Shown here: positions 15,683-25,147 of the stretch, piece by piece
Layout of the letters: every line of letters begins with the position of its first letter
Numbering within the stretch: position 1 is the first letter of the stretch
NCBI GenBank assembly: GCA_050950925.1
Contig: JBMNIN010000003.1
Location: 347,232-379,231, forward strand
Length of the DNA: 32,000 nt
Reading direction: 5' to 3'
DNA from: Erysipelotrichaceae bacterium
GTDB lineage: Bacteria; Bacillota_I; Bacilli_A; Erysipelotrichales; Erysipelotrichaceae
The notes under the pieces: generated by a model
Told to the model about the DNA's origin: nothing
Seen by the model: the letters and a program-made list of their open reading frames with translations, nothing else
Database searches by the model: none
Position numbers and translations under genes: made by a program

Positions 15683-16201
15683 AAAACCGTTTTTTTAGCG
15701 CGCACTCCTTTTTTTGTTTTTATAATGCATGTATCTCATAAATTATTTTTATTCAGTTATCCCAAGTTATCCTTAACATTATTTTCAACTGTTCTGATTA
15801 TTCTTTGAAACTCTCATCATTTTTCCCACTTGAATTACCTAAATCTCAACCTTCTATATCAGCTTAGGAAATTACAGAGTAATCCACATTACAACCCCTA
15901 GTGATTACCATATCAGCTTCAAAAATCTCAACTGTCTTTTTTGAATACTGTGTTCTTTCATATCTATTCCATACAATTCTTTTATCAAACATACAGCGTT
16001 CTGATTGGTTTTAGACTGCACCCTTGTCTGCTAATAAAGTTCATACATACCTGAACCTTTTTTTCAAGTGCTTATGCAAGCTGACCGCATAGGAATTGTA
16101 CATATAAATAATGGTCATTTTTTCTGACCATACTAATCAATGACTTTCTATTAAAATATTTATCATTTCTATTTTACATTTTACAATCATAATCATATTT
16201 A

Positions 16202-16222
16202 AGGCCACAAGATGTGGCCTTA
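16202..16222 (-). terminator. GC-rich hairpin ending the rimO-transketolase operon
   Basis: AAGGCCACA-aga-TGTGGCCTT, 49 nt downstream of the stop at 16271. The U tract is poor on either strand. Confidence 0.55.
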
Positions 16223-16270
16223 AATACTGATATTCAATTTGATTTATTATAAATTAAAAATTTCAAATTT

Positions 16271-17206
16271 CTATTTACATTCGTTAAGTATTCTTTCAAC
16301 TATCTTATTGGCACTTAAACCGTATTTTTCAAGTAACTGTTCCGGCTTTCCTGATTCTCCAAAAGTATCCTGTGTACCGATAAAAATCTGCTTTCTTGGA
16401 CAGTGTTTAGCTAAACATTCAGCAACTGCACTACCCAAACCACCAATAATATTATGCTCTTCTAAAGAAACAATATATTTTGCATCTTTTGCGTATCTGA
16501 TAATCATTTCTTCATCCAGCGGTTTAATAGTATGTATGTTGATTAAAGTTGGATTAATTCCCTTTTCTTTTAACTTTTCAATCGCCTGTAATGACTGTTG
16601 AACCATCACACCACTGGCAATCATCACAATATCTTTATCTCCTTCATTCATGAGTACTGCTTTACCAATTTCAAACTTATAGTCAGTAGAATTATTGACT
16701 GTTTCTACTGCACTTCTGCACATTCTGACATATACCGGACCCTTATATTCAGTTATTGCTCTGATACACTGCTCTGTTTCAATGCCATCACATGGCTGAA
16801 TTACGGTCATATTGGGAACTGCTCTCATTAATGCCAGATCTTCTAAAGCCTGATGAGTTGCTCCATCCTCTCCAACTGTTAAACCGGCATGAGTGGCACA
16901 GATTTTAACATTCAGATTTCCATAAGCAACTGTATTTCTAATCTGGTCATATGCTCTTCCACTGGCAAAAATAGCAAAAGTTGAACAAAAAGGAATTTTG
17001 CCATTACATGCCAAACCGGCACCAACGCCAATCAGATTACACTCAGCTATACCAACATTAAAATGGCTTTCGGGTGCTACTTTCTTTACTTCTAAAGTCT
17101 TGGTAGAAGCAGAAAGATCAGCATCCAATACTACAATATTTTTATTTTCTAAGGCTAATGCTGCCAGCGTTTTACCATAAGCTTCTCTTGTTGCAATTTT
17201 ACTCAT
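16271..17206 (-). CDS. Transketolase, C-terminal (pyrimidine-binding) subunit
   Basis: 311 aa. TREAYGKTLAALA...VVLDADLSASTKT is typical of the split transketolase B subunit. Its start overlaps the stop of the N-terminal subunit gene by 1 nt. Confidence 0.9.
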   Translation of the reverse strand: MSKIATREAYGKTLAALALENKNIVVLDADLSASTKTLEVKKVAPESHFNVGIAECNLIGVGAGLACNGKIPFCSTFAIFASGRAYDQIRNTVAYGNLNVKICATHAGLTVGEDGATHQALEDLALMRAVPNMTVIQPCDGIETEQCIRAITEYKGPVYVRMCRSAVETVNNSTDYKFEIGKAVLMNEGDKDIVMIASGVMVQQSLQAIEKLKEKGINPTLINIHTIKPLDEEMIIRYAKDAKYIVSLEEHNIIGGLGSAVAECLAKHCPRKQIFIGTQDTFGESGKPEQLLEKYGLSANKIVERILNECK

Positions 17207-18018
17207 CAGTTGTTACCTCCCAAATCTTTTAAAGCAATCGCCAATTCTTCATCAGAAGGAGCCTTACCATGCCAGCCTGCCTGATTTTCCATAAAGCTGA
17301 CACCTTTTCCCTTAACTGTTTCAGCAATTACTACTGTCGGCTGTCCTTTAATGGTTTCAGCATAATTACAGGCAGCAATAACGGATTCAATGTCATGACC
17401 ATCTACAGATATTGTATTCCAGCCAAAAGCTTTAAATTTATCACCGATTGGTCTGATATTCATCACATCTGTGTTATAGCCATCAATCTGTAAACCATTA
17501 TAATCAACTATTAACAACAGATTATCCAGATTATAGTGAGAAGCTGACATTGCCGCTTCCCATATCTGACCTTCCTGCAGTTCCCCATCGCCACAAAGGA
17601 CATAAGTTCTAAAATCATTGCCATCCAGTTTATTTGCTAAAGACATACCGACAGCTACTGATAAACCTTGGCCTAGAGAACCGGTAGAAATATCTACTCC
17701 CGGACAATCCAGCATATTAGGATGTCCCTGTAGTTTTGAGTCAATTGCCCTGAATGTCGGAAGTTGCTCAAACGGGATAAATCCTTTTTCAGCTAATACA
17801 GCATAAAGAGCAGCAGAGGCATGACCTTTAGATAAGACAAATTTATCTCTTACTTTATCATTTAAGTTATCATTATTTATATTCATAACCTCAAAATATA
17901 ATGCTGTTAAAATATCCGCACAACTTAAAGCACCACCCGGATGGCCGCTTTTATTAGCATGAACCATCTTGACAATGTTTATTCGCATATTATTTGCGAT
18001 TCTTTGTAAATTATCCAT
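17206..18018 (-). CDS. Transketolase, N-terminal (TPP-binding) subunit
   Basis: SGHPGGALSCADILTALYF and GDGELQEGQIWEA (TPP motif). I prefer the ATG at 18018 (MDNLQ), which has an AGAGG SD, over the track start at 18051. Confidence 0.9.
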   Translation of the reverse strand: MDNLQRIANNMRINIVKMVHANKSGHPGGALSCADILTALYFEVMNINNDNLNDKVRDKFVLSKGHASAALYAVLAEKGFIPFEQLPTFRAIDSKLQGHPNMLDCPGVDISTGSLGQGLSVAVGMSLANKLDGNDFRTYVLCGDGELQEGQIWEAAMSASHYNLDNLLLIVDYNGLQIDGYNTDVMNIRPIGDKFKAFGWNTISVDGHDIESVIAACNYAETIKGQPTVVIAETVKGKGVSFMENQAGWHGKAPSDEELAIALKDLGGNN

Positions 18019-18062
18019 AAATTTTACCTCTTCTTTATTATATTTTATCATACAATATGTAT

Positions 18063-19355
18063 TTAAATTACTACTTTACCGAATAAATCATGAATATTAA
18101 CACTTTCAATTTTAACACTGACAATTTCTCCTATTTCTATCTCTCTTGAAGAAGTAAATCTGACATGTCCATCAATATCATCCGGAGCATTACAATAACT
18201 TCTTCCCTGATACAGATTCTTGTCAAGAGAATCTCTTCCTTCAACCAGTACTTCCATGATTTTATTAATATATTTTTCATTATTACTTTGGGCAATCTTT
18301 TCCTGGATCAGCATTAGTTCTTCCAGCCTTTGGTCAGCTGTATTTTTATCAACTTTCGGCTCCATCTTATAACTGGCTGTGCCTTCTTCAAGTGAATAAG
18401 TAAAAGCTCCCAGTTTATCCCATTTAATTTCCTTAATAAACTCTATCAGCTCATTGAAATCATCATCAGTTTCTGTTGGAAAGCCGACAATAATTGTAGT
18501 TCTTAAAATCGGGTTTTCAAATCTCTTTCTTATTTTCTCAACTGTTTCTTTTATCTGCTTTTTGCTTCCCCTTCTATTCATAAGTTTCAATATTCTGTCG
18601 CTGCCATGTTGAATTGGAATGTCAAAATAAGGTACTACTTTATCACAGACTGCCATAGCCTGTAGCAGTTCATCATTTATTTCATCAGGATACATATATA
18701 AAACTCTAATCCAGTAAAAATCCATCTTATTCAACTGATAAAGTAAATCAGCCAGACGATATTTACCATATAAATCAATACCATATCGGGTAGTATCCTG
18801 AGCAATCAGATTTATTTCCTTAACTCCTATAGCTTCCAACTCTTTGGCCTGTCTGATTACTTGCTGAAAATCAACAGATTTATATTCTTTTCTAATTAAA
18901 GGAATTGCACAATAGGCGCATTTATTAGAGCAACCATCAGCAATTTTCAAATAAGCACTGTAATTACCGGCAGTCAGGACCATTTCAGGAGTCTCAATCG
19001 TTTTGCTGTTTAAAAAATCATTTAAAATCTTTTCTAAATCATTATATTCATCAATAGAAATAAACAGGTCAACTTCCGGTAGTTCTTTCTCCAGTTCTTT
19101 TCGATACCTCTGAACAAGACAACCCATAACAATCAGATACTTCAGATTATAATCCTTAAAACCTGCCATCTGCAAAATAGTGTCAATTGATTCCTGTTTG
19201 GCAGCATTAATAAAACCGCAGGTATTAATCACAATCGCTTCAGCAACTCTGGGATTTTCAACAAAAGTGTGACCGCCAGCTTTGAGAAGAGACATTGCCT
19301 TTTGGCTGTCTACCAGATTTTTACAGCATCCTAAAGAAATAAATCCTATTTTCAT
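18063..19355 (-). CDS. rimO: Ribosomal protein S12 methylthiotransferase
   Basis: N-terminal MKIGFISLGCCKN UPF0004 domain, radical-SAM CSNKCAYC, and a C-terminal TRAM domain. The 430-aa length fits RimO rather than MiaB. Confidence 0.8.
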   Translation of the reverse strand: MKIGFISLGCCKNLVDSQKAMSLLKAGGHTFVENPRVAEAIVINTCGFINAAKQESIDTILQMAGFKDYNLKYLIVMGCLVQRYRKELEKELPEVDLFISIDEYNDLEKILNDFLNSKTIETPEMVLTAGNYSAYLKIADGCSNKCAYCAIPLIRKEYKSVDFQQVIRQAKELEAIGVKEINLIAQDTTRYGIDLYGKYRLADLLYQLNKMDFYWIRVLYMYPDEINDELLQAMAVCDKVVPYFDIPIQHGSDRILKLMNRRGSKKQIKETVEKIRKRFENPILRTTIIVGFPTETDDDFNELIEFIKEIKWDKLGAFTYSLEEGTASYKMEPKVDKNTADQRLEELMLIQEKIAQSNNEKYINKIMEVLVEGRDSLDKNLYQGRSYCNAPDDIDGHVRFTSSREIEIGEIVSVKIESVNIHDLFGKVVI

Positions 19356-19569
19356 ATAATTCTCCTACTTAATATTCTATCATATCCGAATCGCTATTTT
19401 ATTCGCAATTTTAAAAGCATTTGACCTAGTTCTTATTTTTACAGTTTATTAAATATGTGTTAATATGAGTACAGAATCAATTCTTTTTTTCTGATAAAAT
19501 TGATTATTATTCTGATATTATCGGAAGATTGCAGTCATTTTTCAGGTGGAACTTTTTAGGAAAATCCTG

Positions 19570-19598
19570 TTGCATATCCAAAATTAATATGCTAATAT
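19570..19598 (+). promoter_or_regulatory. Putative tRNA-operon promoter TTGCAT-17-TAATAT
   Basis: Hexamers at 19570-19575 and 19593-19598, about 25 nt upstream of the first tRNA. Confidence 0.45.
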
Positions 19599-19623
19599 AA
19601 TTAGGCGTGGCCGTGACATATAT

Positions 19624-19700
19624 CGGGATGTTGCACAGCTTGGTAGTGCACCTGGTTTGGGACCAGGGGGTCGCAGGTTCGAATCCTGTCATCCCGACCA
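19624..19700 (+). tRNA. tRNA-Pro (TGG)
   Basis: Acceptor CGGGATG/CATCCCG, anticodon loop TTTGGGA, T-loop GGTTCGAATCC, CCA encoded. Confidence 0.9.
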
Positions 19701-19703
19701 TGT

Positions 19704-19780
19704 GGCGGGATAGCTTAGTTGGTTAGAGCGCTCGGTTCATACCCGGGAGGTCGTGAGTTCGAATCTCACTCCCGCTACCA
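19704..19780 (+). tRNA. tRNA-Met elongator (CAT)
   Basis: Acceptor GGCGGGA/TCCCGCT (G1-U72 wobble, as in Bacillus elongator Met), anticodon loop TTCATAC, CCA encoded. Confidence 0.8.
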
Positions 19781-19806
19781 TTAATATACTGGACCGATAT
19801 ATTACT

Positions 19807-19883
19807 GGACCCTTAGCGCAGCTGGTCAGAGCAGTCGGCTCATAACCGATCGGTCGCAGGTTCGAGTCCTGCAGGGTCCACCA
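19807..19883 (+). tRNA. tRNA with CAT anticodon, most likely tRNA-Ile2 (lysidine)
   Basis: GGACCCTTAGC...GGCTCATAACCG...GGGTCCACCA resembles the Bacillus tRNA-Ile(CAU) as I remember it. The cluster also holds separate elongator and initiator Met tRNAs. Confidence 0.7.
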
Positions 19884-19894
19884 AAACATTTTAC

Positions 19895-19985
19895 GGAGGA
19901 ATACCCAAGCGGTTGAAGGGTCCGGTCTTGAAAACCGGTAGGTCGGTAATGCGGCGCCTGGGTTCGAATCCCAGTTCCTCCGCCA
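19895..19985 (+). tRNA. tRNA-Ser (TGA)
   Basis: 91 nt with a long variable arm, anticodon loop CTTGAAA, acceptor GGAGGAA/TTCCTCC, CCA encoded. Confidence 0.9.
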
Positions 19986-19995
19986 TTATTAATAT

Positions 19996-20072
<77 letters not shown>

Positions 20073-20073
20073 T

Positions 20074-20149
20074 GGTCCGATAGCTCAGTTGGTAGAGCAG
20101 TGGACTGAAAATCCACGTGTCGCTGGTTCAATTCCGGCTCGGACCACCA
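20074..20149 (+). tRNA. tRNA-Phe (GAA)
   Basis: Acceptor GGTCCGA/TCGGACC, anticodon loop CTGAAAA, starts 1 nt after the preceding tRNA, CCA encoded. Confidence 0.9.
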
Positions 20150-20157
20150 TGAAAAAT

Positions 20158-20200
20158 AAAGAGTAGTAATGATTTGTCTTACTGCTCTTTTTCTTTTCTG
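20158..20200. terminator. Terminator of the tRNA operon (bidirectional, also downstream of the convergent pseudouridine synthase gene)
   Basis: 12-bp stem AAAGAGTAGTAA/TTACTGCTCTTT (one G-U pair), then TTTTCTTTTC. An A run lies upstream. Confidence 0.7.
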
Positions 20201-20224
20201 ATTATTATAAGTTGAACCCAATTT

Positions 20225-20923
20225 TTACCTTCTGTATTTTAATAGCATATCAACTTCTTTTTCTGTTAATTCTCTGTATTGTCCGGCTGATAAATCTTCA
20301 ACTGTCAGCCCTGCAAACTCTACCCTTTTCAGATATGTTACCTGACAGCCGGTTTTTTCAAACATCTTTTTTACCTGATGATGTTTTCCTTCCCAGATAG
20401 TTAAATAGCAGCTATTATCATCTATCTGTTCAAACTTGCCGCCCATGGTTGTAAAATCCTTAAACACAATTGGATTTTCTAATATCTCTTCAGCATTGGC
20501 AGGCAACCTCTTATCTAACTCAGCATAATATTTTTTTGCTATCCTATTAACAGGAGCCAGTAAAAAATGATTGAGCCTCCCATCATTGGTAAGAAGCAAA
20601 ACTCCTTCAGTACCTTTGTCAAGACGACCGACAACAGAAAGATTCTTACGATACTCCCTTATCAAATCTAAAACTACCGGTTGAGTTTCATCCTTTGTAG
20701 CAGAAAGATATCCCGCTGGCTTATTCATCAGATAATAAACAAACTTTTTATAAACAAAATCTTTATCATCAACTGATACGACACTGTTTTCACTTACTTT
20801 GCTATCTGGTTTTTTTACAATAATACCATCTACTTTAATTCTTCCATTGCTGACAAGTTTTTTTACTTCCTTTCTGCTGCCGAAACCATAATCTGCTAAA
20901 AATTTATCTAATCTTATTGCCAT
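20225..20923 (-). CDS. RsuA/RluB-family rRNA pseudouridine synthase with N-terminal S4 domain
   Basis: IRLDKFLADYGFGSRKE (S4 domain) and VGRLDKGTEGVLLLTNDG (catalytic Asp motif). 232 aa, like RsuA. Confidence 0.85.
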   Translation of the reverse strand: MAIRLDKFLADYGFGSRKEVKKLVSNGRIKVDGIIVKKPDSKVSENSVVSVDDKDFVYKKFVYYLMNKPAGYLSATKDETQPVVLDLIREYRKNLSVVGRLDKGTEGVLLLTNDGRLNHFLLAPVNRIAKKYYAELDKRLPANAEEILENPIVFKDFTTMGGKFEQIDDNSCYLTIWEGKHHQVKKMFEKTGCQVTYLKRVEFAGLTVEDLSAGQYRELTEKEVDMLLKYRR

Positions 20924-22263
20924 CTGAATCCTGCCTCATACATATTTTTTAAAATCCCGTTATTTACTTTACCAAATCCCAGTGAATAACCATTCACACA
21001 GACCAAAACATAGCCCTGAAAATTAAATTCTTTTACTTCTATCGTTTCACCTTTAAGATATCTGATTACTCTGTAATCATCAGCTTTCAAATCAATAACC
21101 TGATTGAACTGTTCTTTTTTCAAAGCCAAAGCAAAAGCTGTCGAAGGTTCAAAACGTCTGTTTTTAATTTTACCGATTAAAAGTCCGCTTCTAACAGTTC
21201 TTATTTTATCCAGATTAAGACTATGATGACAGACAAAATAGATATTATCATTTATCAGTTCAAAATTGCCTGCAGTTAAATCAAAATCAACCAAACTTAG
21301 AAAATCTTTCAATATTTCAGGTACAGAACATTTATCATGCTTAACTGCTTCCTTAAAGTTTTGTTTTTCTCCTTTTTGCAACAGACAGACAAAATGTCCT
21401 TCACCCCTGATATTAAACGGGTACAGTCTGATACAGTCTTTCAAGTGATTATATACTCCTTCAGCAAAACCATCACTTTCAATGATCGGTTTAACTGTTT
21501 TCAGTTCAGGATATTTTTTTAGTGCATAATCAATTACATCTTCATTTTCCATCAACGAAAAAGTACAGGTCGAGTAAACAAGCTGTCCGCCTTCTTTCAG
21601 CATTTCTATTGCTGAAATTATAATTTCTCTTTGAATTTCGCTATAATAATTATTCCCTTTTTTCTGCCAGTTTTTAATTAAAGTCTGATCTTTTCTAAAC
21701 ATGCCTTCACCGGAACAGGGAGCATCAATTAAAATCTTATCGAAACAGTTTTTGAATTTGTCCTGGAGTGTTGTTAAATCCTCACAGATAACAAAACTGT
21801 TTCCTATACCAGCCAGTTCAATATTTTTTACCAGTCCCTTGCCTCTGGAAGCACTGATATCATTGGAAACAAGTATTCCGCTACCAGACAGTTTACTGGC
21901 AATTTTAGTACTTTTACCACCAGGAGCAGCACAGCCATCAAGCACAATATCTCCCTTTTCAATTTCCAGCACTTCTGCAGGAAGCATTGCTGATGGTTCC
22001 TGCAAATAATAAAGACCGGCATAATAATATGGATGTTTGGCCGGTTTATCATCCTTCTGATAATAAAAACCATCACTGGTAAAAGGAATTCTTTCCAGCT
22101 TAAAAGGAGAAATATTAAGAAAATCCTCAACTGATATTTTTAAAGTATTTACTCTAAGACCAGATGCCGGTTCATCATTAAAACAGTCTAAATAATCAGT
22201 ATAACGATTTTTCAGCAATTTCTTCATATTTTCCAAATATTCAGGCGGTAATCTGTTTGTCAT
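20914..22263 (-). CDS. rsmF: NOL1/NOP2/Sun-family rRNA cytosine-C5 methyltransferase (RsmF-like)
   Basis: SAM motif DGCAAPGGKST, catalytic DAPCSGEGMFRK and YSTCT cysteines, and a C-terminal extension as in RsmF/YebU. It overlaps the downstream gene by 10 nt. Confidence 0.75.
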   Translation of the reverse strand: MTNRLPPEYLENMKKLLKNRYTDYLDCFNDEPASGLRVNTLKISVEDFLNISPFKLERIPFTSDGFYYQKDDKPAKHPYYYAGLYYLQEPSAMLPAEVLEIEKGDIVLDGCAAPGGKSTKIASKLSGSGILVSNDISASRGKGLVKNIELAGIGNSFVICEDLTTLQDKFKNCFDKILIDAPCSGEGMFRKDQTLIKNWQKKGNNYYSEIQREIIISAIEMLKEGGQLVYSTCTFSLMENEDVIDYALKKYPELKTVKPIIESDGFAEGVYNHLKDCIRLYPFNIRGEGHFVCLLQKGEKQNFKEAVKHDKCSVPEILKDFLSLVDFDLTAGNFELINDNIYFVCHHSLNLDKIRTVRSGLLIGKIKNRRFEPSTAFALALKKEQFNQVIDLKADDYRVIRYLKGETIEVKEFNFQGYVLVCVNGYSLGFGKVNNGILKNMYEAGFRWQ

Positions 22264-22529
22264 AAAATCTTCCTTCTTTTTAATTATATAGGAAAATTAT
22301 TGTTTTTATATTATAATCTATACTTGAGATAGATAATATTATACCTGCAACATAAAGATTGCTGAAAATACGTCATTTCACTGAAAAAAAAGTAAATTAC
22401 TTCTTCAGCAGAATCGAATAATATTATTACTGTCTTACCATCAGATAATCGGTTTTATAAATAAAGATGGGTGTTGAAATAAGTAAACATTTCAGATAAA
22501 AGCATTAAACAAACCACTGTTAAGACTAA

Positions 22530-22556
22530 AAAAAGCGGTGGGCAATCCCGCTTTTT
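22530..22556. terminator. Orphan symmetric intrinsic terminator in a divergent intergenic region
   Basis: AAAAAGCGG-tgggcaatc-CCGCTTTTT. No ORF of 60 aa or more on either side within 22264..22700. Confidence 0.55.
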
Positions 22557-22700
22557 CTGAGATAAGCAACTTTTTAATGGGGTAAATATAAGTCTTTAAC
22601 GCTTATCCCATCTTTATTATAATACCATTAAAAACTGAAGTAAATAATTTTTTAACAATTTTATTTATATATCGCCATATTTAAATTAAAGGGGGAAAAT

Positions 22701-23864
22701 ATGACTGAAATTCTATTAAAAACCTTTGTCAAAGACTACCAAAACAGCGAAAATAATGAAGTGAGAAAGAACGCCGGGTTTTTAAGCAGTATTACCGGTA
22801 TCATCTGTAATATTTTCCTGTTTATAACTAAATATATTATGGGAACAGTTTCTAACTCCATCGCCATTATTTCTGATGGATTTAACAATCTTTCTGACTG
22901 TCTGAGCTGTGTCATTTCCTTAATAAGTTACAAGCTTGCAGCCCAGCCGGCAGATAAAGACCATCCTTTCGGCCATGGGAGAATTGAATATCTTTCTTCT
23001 TTAATTATCGCGGTAATAATTATGCTGGTAGGTTTTTCTTTTTTAAAGACTTCATTTAATAAAATCCTTCATCCTGAAAAAGTTGTTTTTAGTGTTATAA
23101 CAGTATTTTCTCTGTTAATTTCAATTGTTGTAAAATTATGGATGAGCAGTTTCAACAAAAATCTGTCTATCAGATTTAACTCTTCAATTATGCTGGCAAC
23201 TTCCAAAGATTCATTAAATGACTCTTATATTACTCTGGTAACACTATCTTCGCTTTTTTTGTCATTGATTACCAGTTGGCCGGTTGACGGTGTTATTGGT
23301 TGTATTGTTTCTATTCTGATTTTAAAAACCGGTTATGAAATCATCAAAGATACCGTTGATACTCTAATCGGCAGCAAAGCTGACGAAGCAACCGTAAATG
23401 CAATTACTGAATTAGTCCTTTCATATCCGGATGTTATTGGTATCCATGATTTAATTGTCCACAATTACGGACCTGGAAAGCTGATCTGTTCCTTACATGC
23501 CGAGGTTGACAGTAAAAGAGATATGCTGGAAGTTCATGATACCATTGATTTAATAGAGCGGGTCTTATATGAAAAGCTTAATATAATGGCTTCTATTCAC
23601 ATGGACCCGATTGAAACAGACAATCCGCTAGTAAATCAATATAAGAAAATTGTCACTGAGATTATTGATGAAATTGATCCCTGTCTGAGTTTTCATGATT
23701 TCAGAATTGTTACTGGGCCAACCCATACCAATTTAATCTTTGACCTTGTAATTCCTCATGAATATCAGAAGAAAACTAAACAGCTTAAAAGTGCCATTGA
23801 TGAAAAAATAAAAGAAAAAGACGATACACTGTTTACCGTCATTTCTTTCGATACTGAATTTTAA
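22701..23864 (+). CDS. Cation diffusion facilitator (CDF) family divalent-metal efflux transporter
   Basis: SDGFNNLSDC...DKDHPFGHGRIEYL signature, six TM segments, C-terminal cytoplasmic domain (HDLIVHNYGP), and a GGGGGA SD. Confidence 0.88.
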   Translation: MTEILLKTFVKDYQNSENNEVRKNAGFLSSITGIICNIFLFITKYIMGTVSNSIAIISDGFNNLSDCLSCVISLISYKLAAQPADKDHPFGHGRIEYLSSLIIAVIIMLVGFSFLKTSFNKILHPEKVVFSVITVFSLLISIVVKLWMSSFNKNLSIRFNSSIMLATSKDSLNDSYITLVTLSSLFLSLITSWPVDGVIGCIVSILILKTGYEIIKDTVDTLIGSKADEATVNAITELVLSYPDVIGIHDLIVHNYGPGKLICSLHAEVDSKRDMLEVHDTIDLIERVLYEKLNIMASIHMDPIETDNPLVNQYKKIVTEIIDEIDPCLSFHDFRIVTGPTHTNLIFDLVIPHEYQKKTKQLKSAIDEKIKEKDDTLFTVISFDTEF

Positions 23865-23889
23865 ATCACGTTAAGTCGTGATTTTTTTT
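23863..23889 (+). terminator. Intrinsic terminator
   Basis: AAATCACG-ttaagt-CGTGATTT followed by a T run. Confidence 0.7.
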
Positions 23890-23907
23890 GTCTGAAAACA
23901 CTTTCCT

Positions 23908-24559
23908 TTAACCATTCAACAGATAATCCTCTATTTCCCTGGCAGTGAACAGTATTACTTCAGCACCTGCTTCTTTTAAAAACTCTACATCTCTAAAGCC
24001 AAAACCGACAATTGTGATCCATTGAACTGTTATGAGCCGTCAAAATGTCCACCTCACTGTCACCAATGTAGACACATTCCTTAACATCAAAACCAAATTC
24101 TTCTACTATAGAAATAATGGCTTCCTTATGAGGTTTTCTTTTTATATTCTTTCTTTCACCATGGGCAAAATCAAATAAATCTCTAAAATGATTCTCCACT
24201 AATATTTTAACCTGTTTATCACCTTTATTGGAAACAACTGCCAATTTAATACCCGCCTTCTTCAGGTTAGCCAACATTTCGTAAATGCCATCGTATGGTT
24301 TTGTCTTAATATCACAATTGGCAGAATAATAATCAATGTAGCATTTATATATTTCATCAAATTTATCTTGCGGTATTTCTTGATCAATGGCAGCTGTTAT
24401 CAGATTTTTACCACCATAACCAAGGAAGTTTCTAATCTCTTCTAAACTTCTTTTTTTATAACCATACTTCAGTAACACATAGTTTACTGCATCGCTGATA
24501 TCTTCCAAAGTATCAAGAATTGTTCCATCTAAATCAAAAATTGCTAATTTATATTTCAT
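23908..24559 (-). pseudogene. HAD-superfamily phosphatase (PGP/Gph-like), frameshifted near the 3' end
   Basis: It has the FDLDGTILDT, VSNK and GDSEVDILTA motifs. After ...HNSSMD the annotated frame ends (NCRFWL*). A +1 frame carries the expected conserved tail ITIVGFGFRDVEFLKEAGAEVILFTAREIEDYLLNG* down to 23908. The likely start is the ATG at 24559 (MKYKLAIF). Confidence 0.6.
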
Positions 24560-24574
24560 AATACGCACCACTTC

Positions 24575-25147
24575 CTACAAATTCTCTATAATCAGGGTTA
24601 ATTTATTAACGATTTCTTCCAGTGTCATGCTTTCTGTCTTCTCATTAGTCTGTTCAGGCAGATACGGAACATGAATAAACCCGATTCTTTTTTCATCCTG
24701 ATAGTAATTAAGTAGCATATAAAGCAAATCATTACAGACAAAAGCTCCAGCGCTTAAAGAAACATCACTGTTACTTACTTCAGCTGATTTTTCAATATCC
24801 AGACTGCTGAAAATTCCATCTCTTCCCTGTTCATCAATTTTTACTCCCTGATACCTGTTTCCCTCATTATCAGCAATTTCACTGTTGCGGTAATTAATGG
24901 CAATCTTTTCTAAAGTGACATTTTTTCTGCCGCCAGCCTGACCGACACATAAAATAACATCCGGATTTATCTCTTCAGATTTTTGATGTACCGTTTCAAA
25001 AGCTTTTCCATAAACTACCGGAACCAGTAATTTTACCAGATGATACTTACCTATTTTACTGTCCAGCTGTTCAACTGCAGGATATGAAGAATTAATTGTT
25101 TCGTTGTTAAAAGGTTCAAAACAGGTAACCAGTAGCCTTTTCCTCAT
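24575..25147 (-). CDS. pcp: Pyroglutamyl-peptidase I
   Basis: LVTCFEPF N-terminus, GQAGGR, catalytic Cys in GAFVCNDLLY and His in GFIHVP. 190 aa. Confidence 0.9.
   Translation of the reverse strand: MRKRLLVTCFEPFNNETINSSYPAVEQLDSKIGKYHLVKLLVPVVYGKAFETVHQKSEEINPDVILCVGQAGGRKNVTLEKIAINYRNSEIADNEGNRYQGVKIDEQGRDGIFSSLDIEKSAEVSNSDVSLSAGAFVCNDLLYMLLNYYQDEKRIGFIHVPYLPEQTNEKTESMTLEEIVNKLTLIIENL

Noticed and set aside
9462-16200. Direct repeats (att-like) flanking the TIR island, e.g. TCTGATTAGAAAC at 9585 versus TCTGATTATTC at 15794 and TCTGATTGG at 16000
   Set aside because: Only about 8 nt are shared and no integrase or transposase gene is present. This is within chance expectation for this composition, so I make no claim of mobility.
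21266-22130. Several 60-100-aa track ORFs inside and antisense to the rsmF-like gene (21266..21448, 21337..21522, 21701..22009, 21828..22130)
   Set aside because: They are nested in a motif-supported 449-aa CDS and have no independent translation signals or recognisable motifs.
22440-22620. NiCo (czcD) or yybP-ykoY Mn riboswitch upstream of the CDF transporter
   Set aside because: I could not find the GC-rich conserved cores I remember for these classes and the region is very AT-rich. It is kept only as an unexplained structured element.
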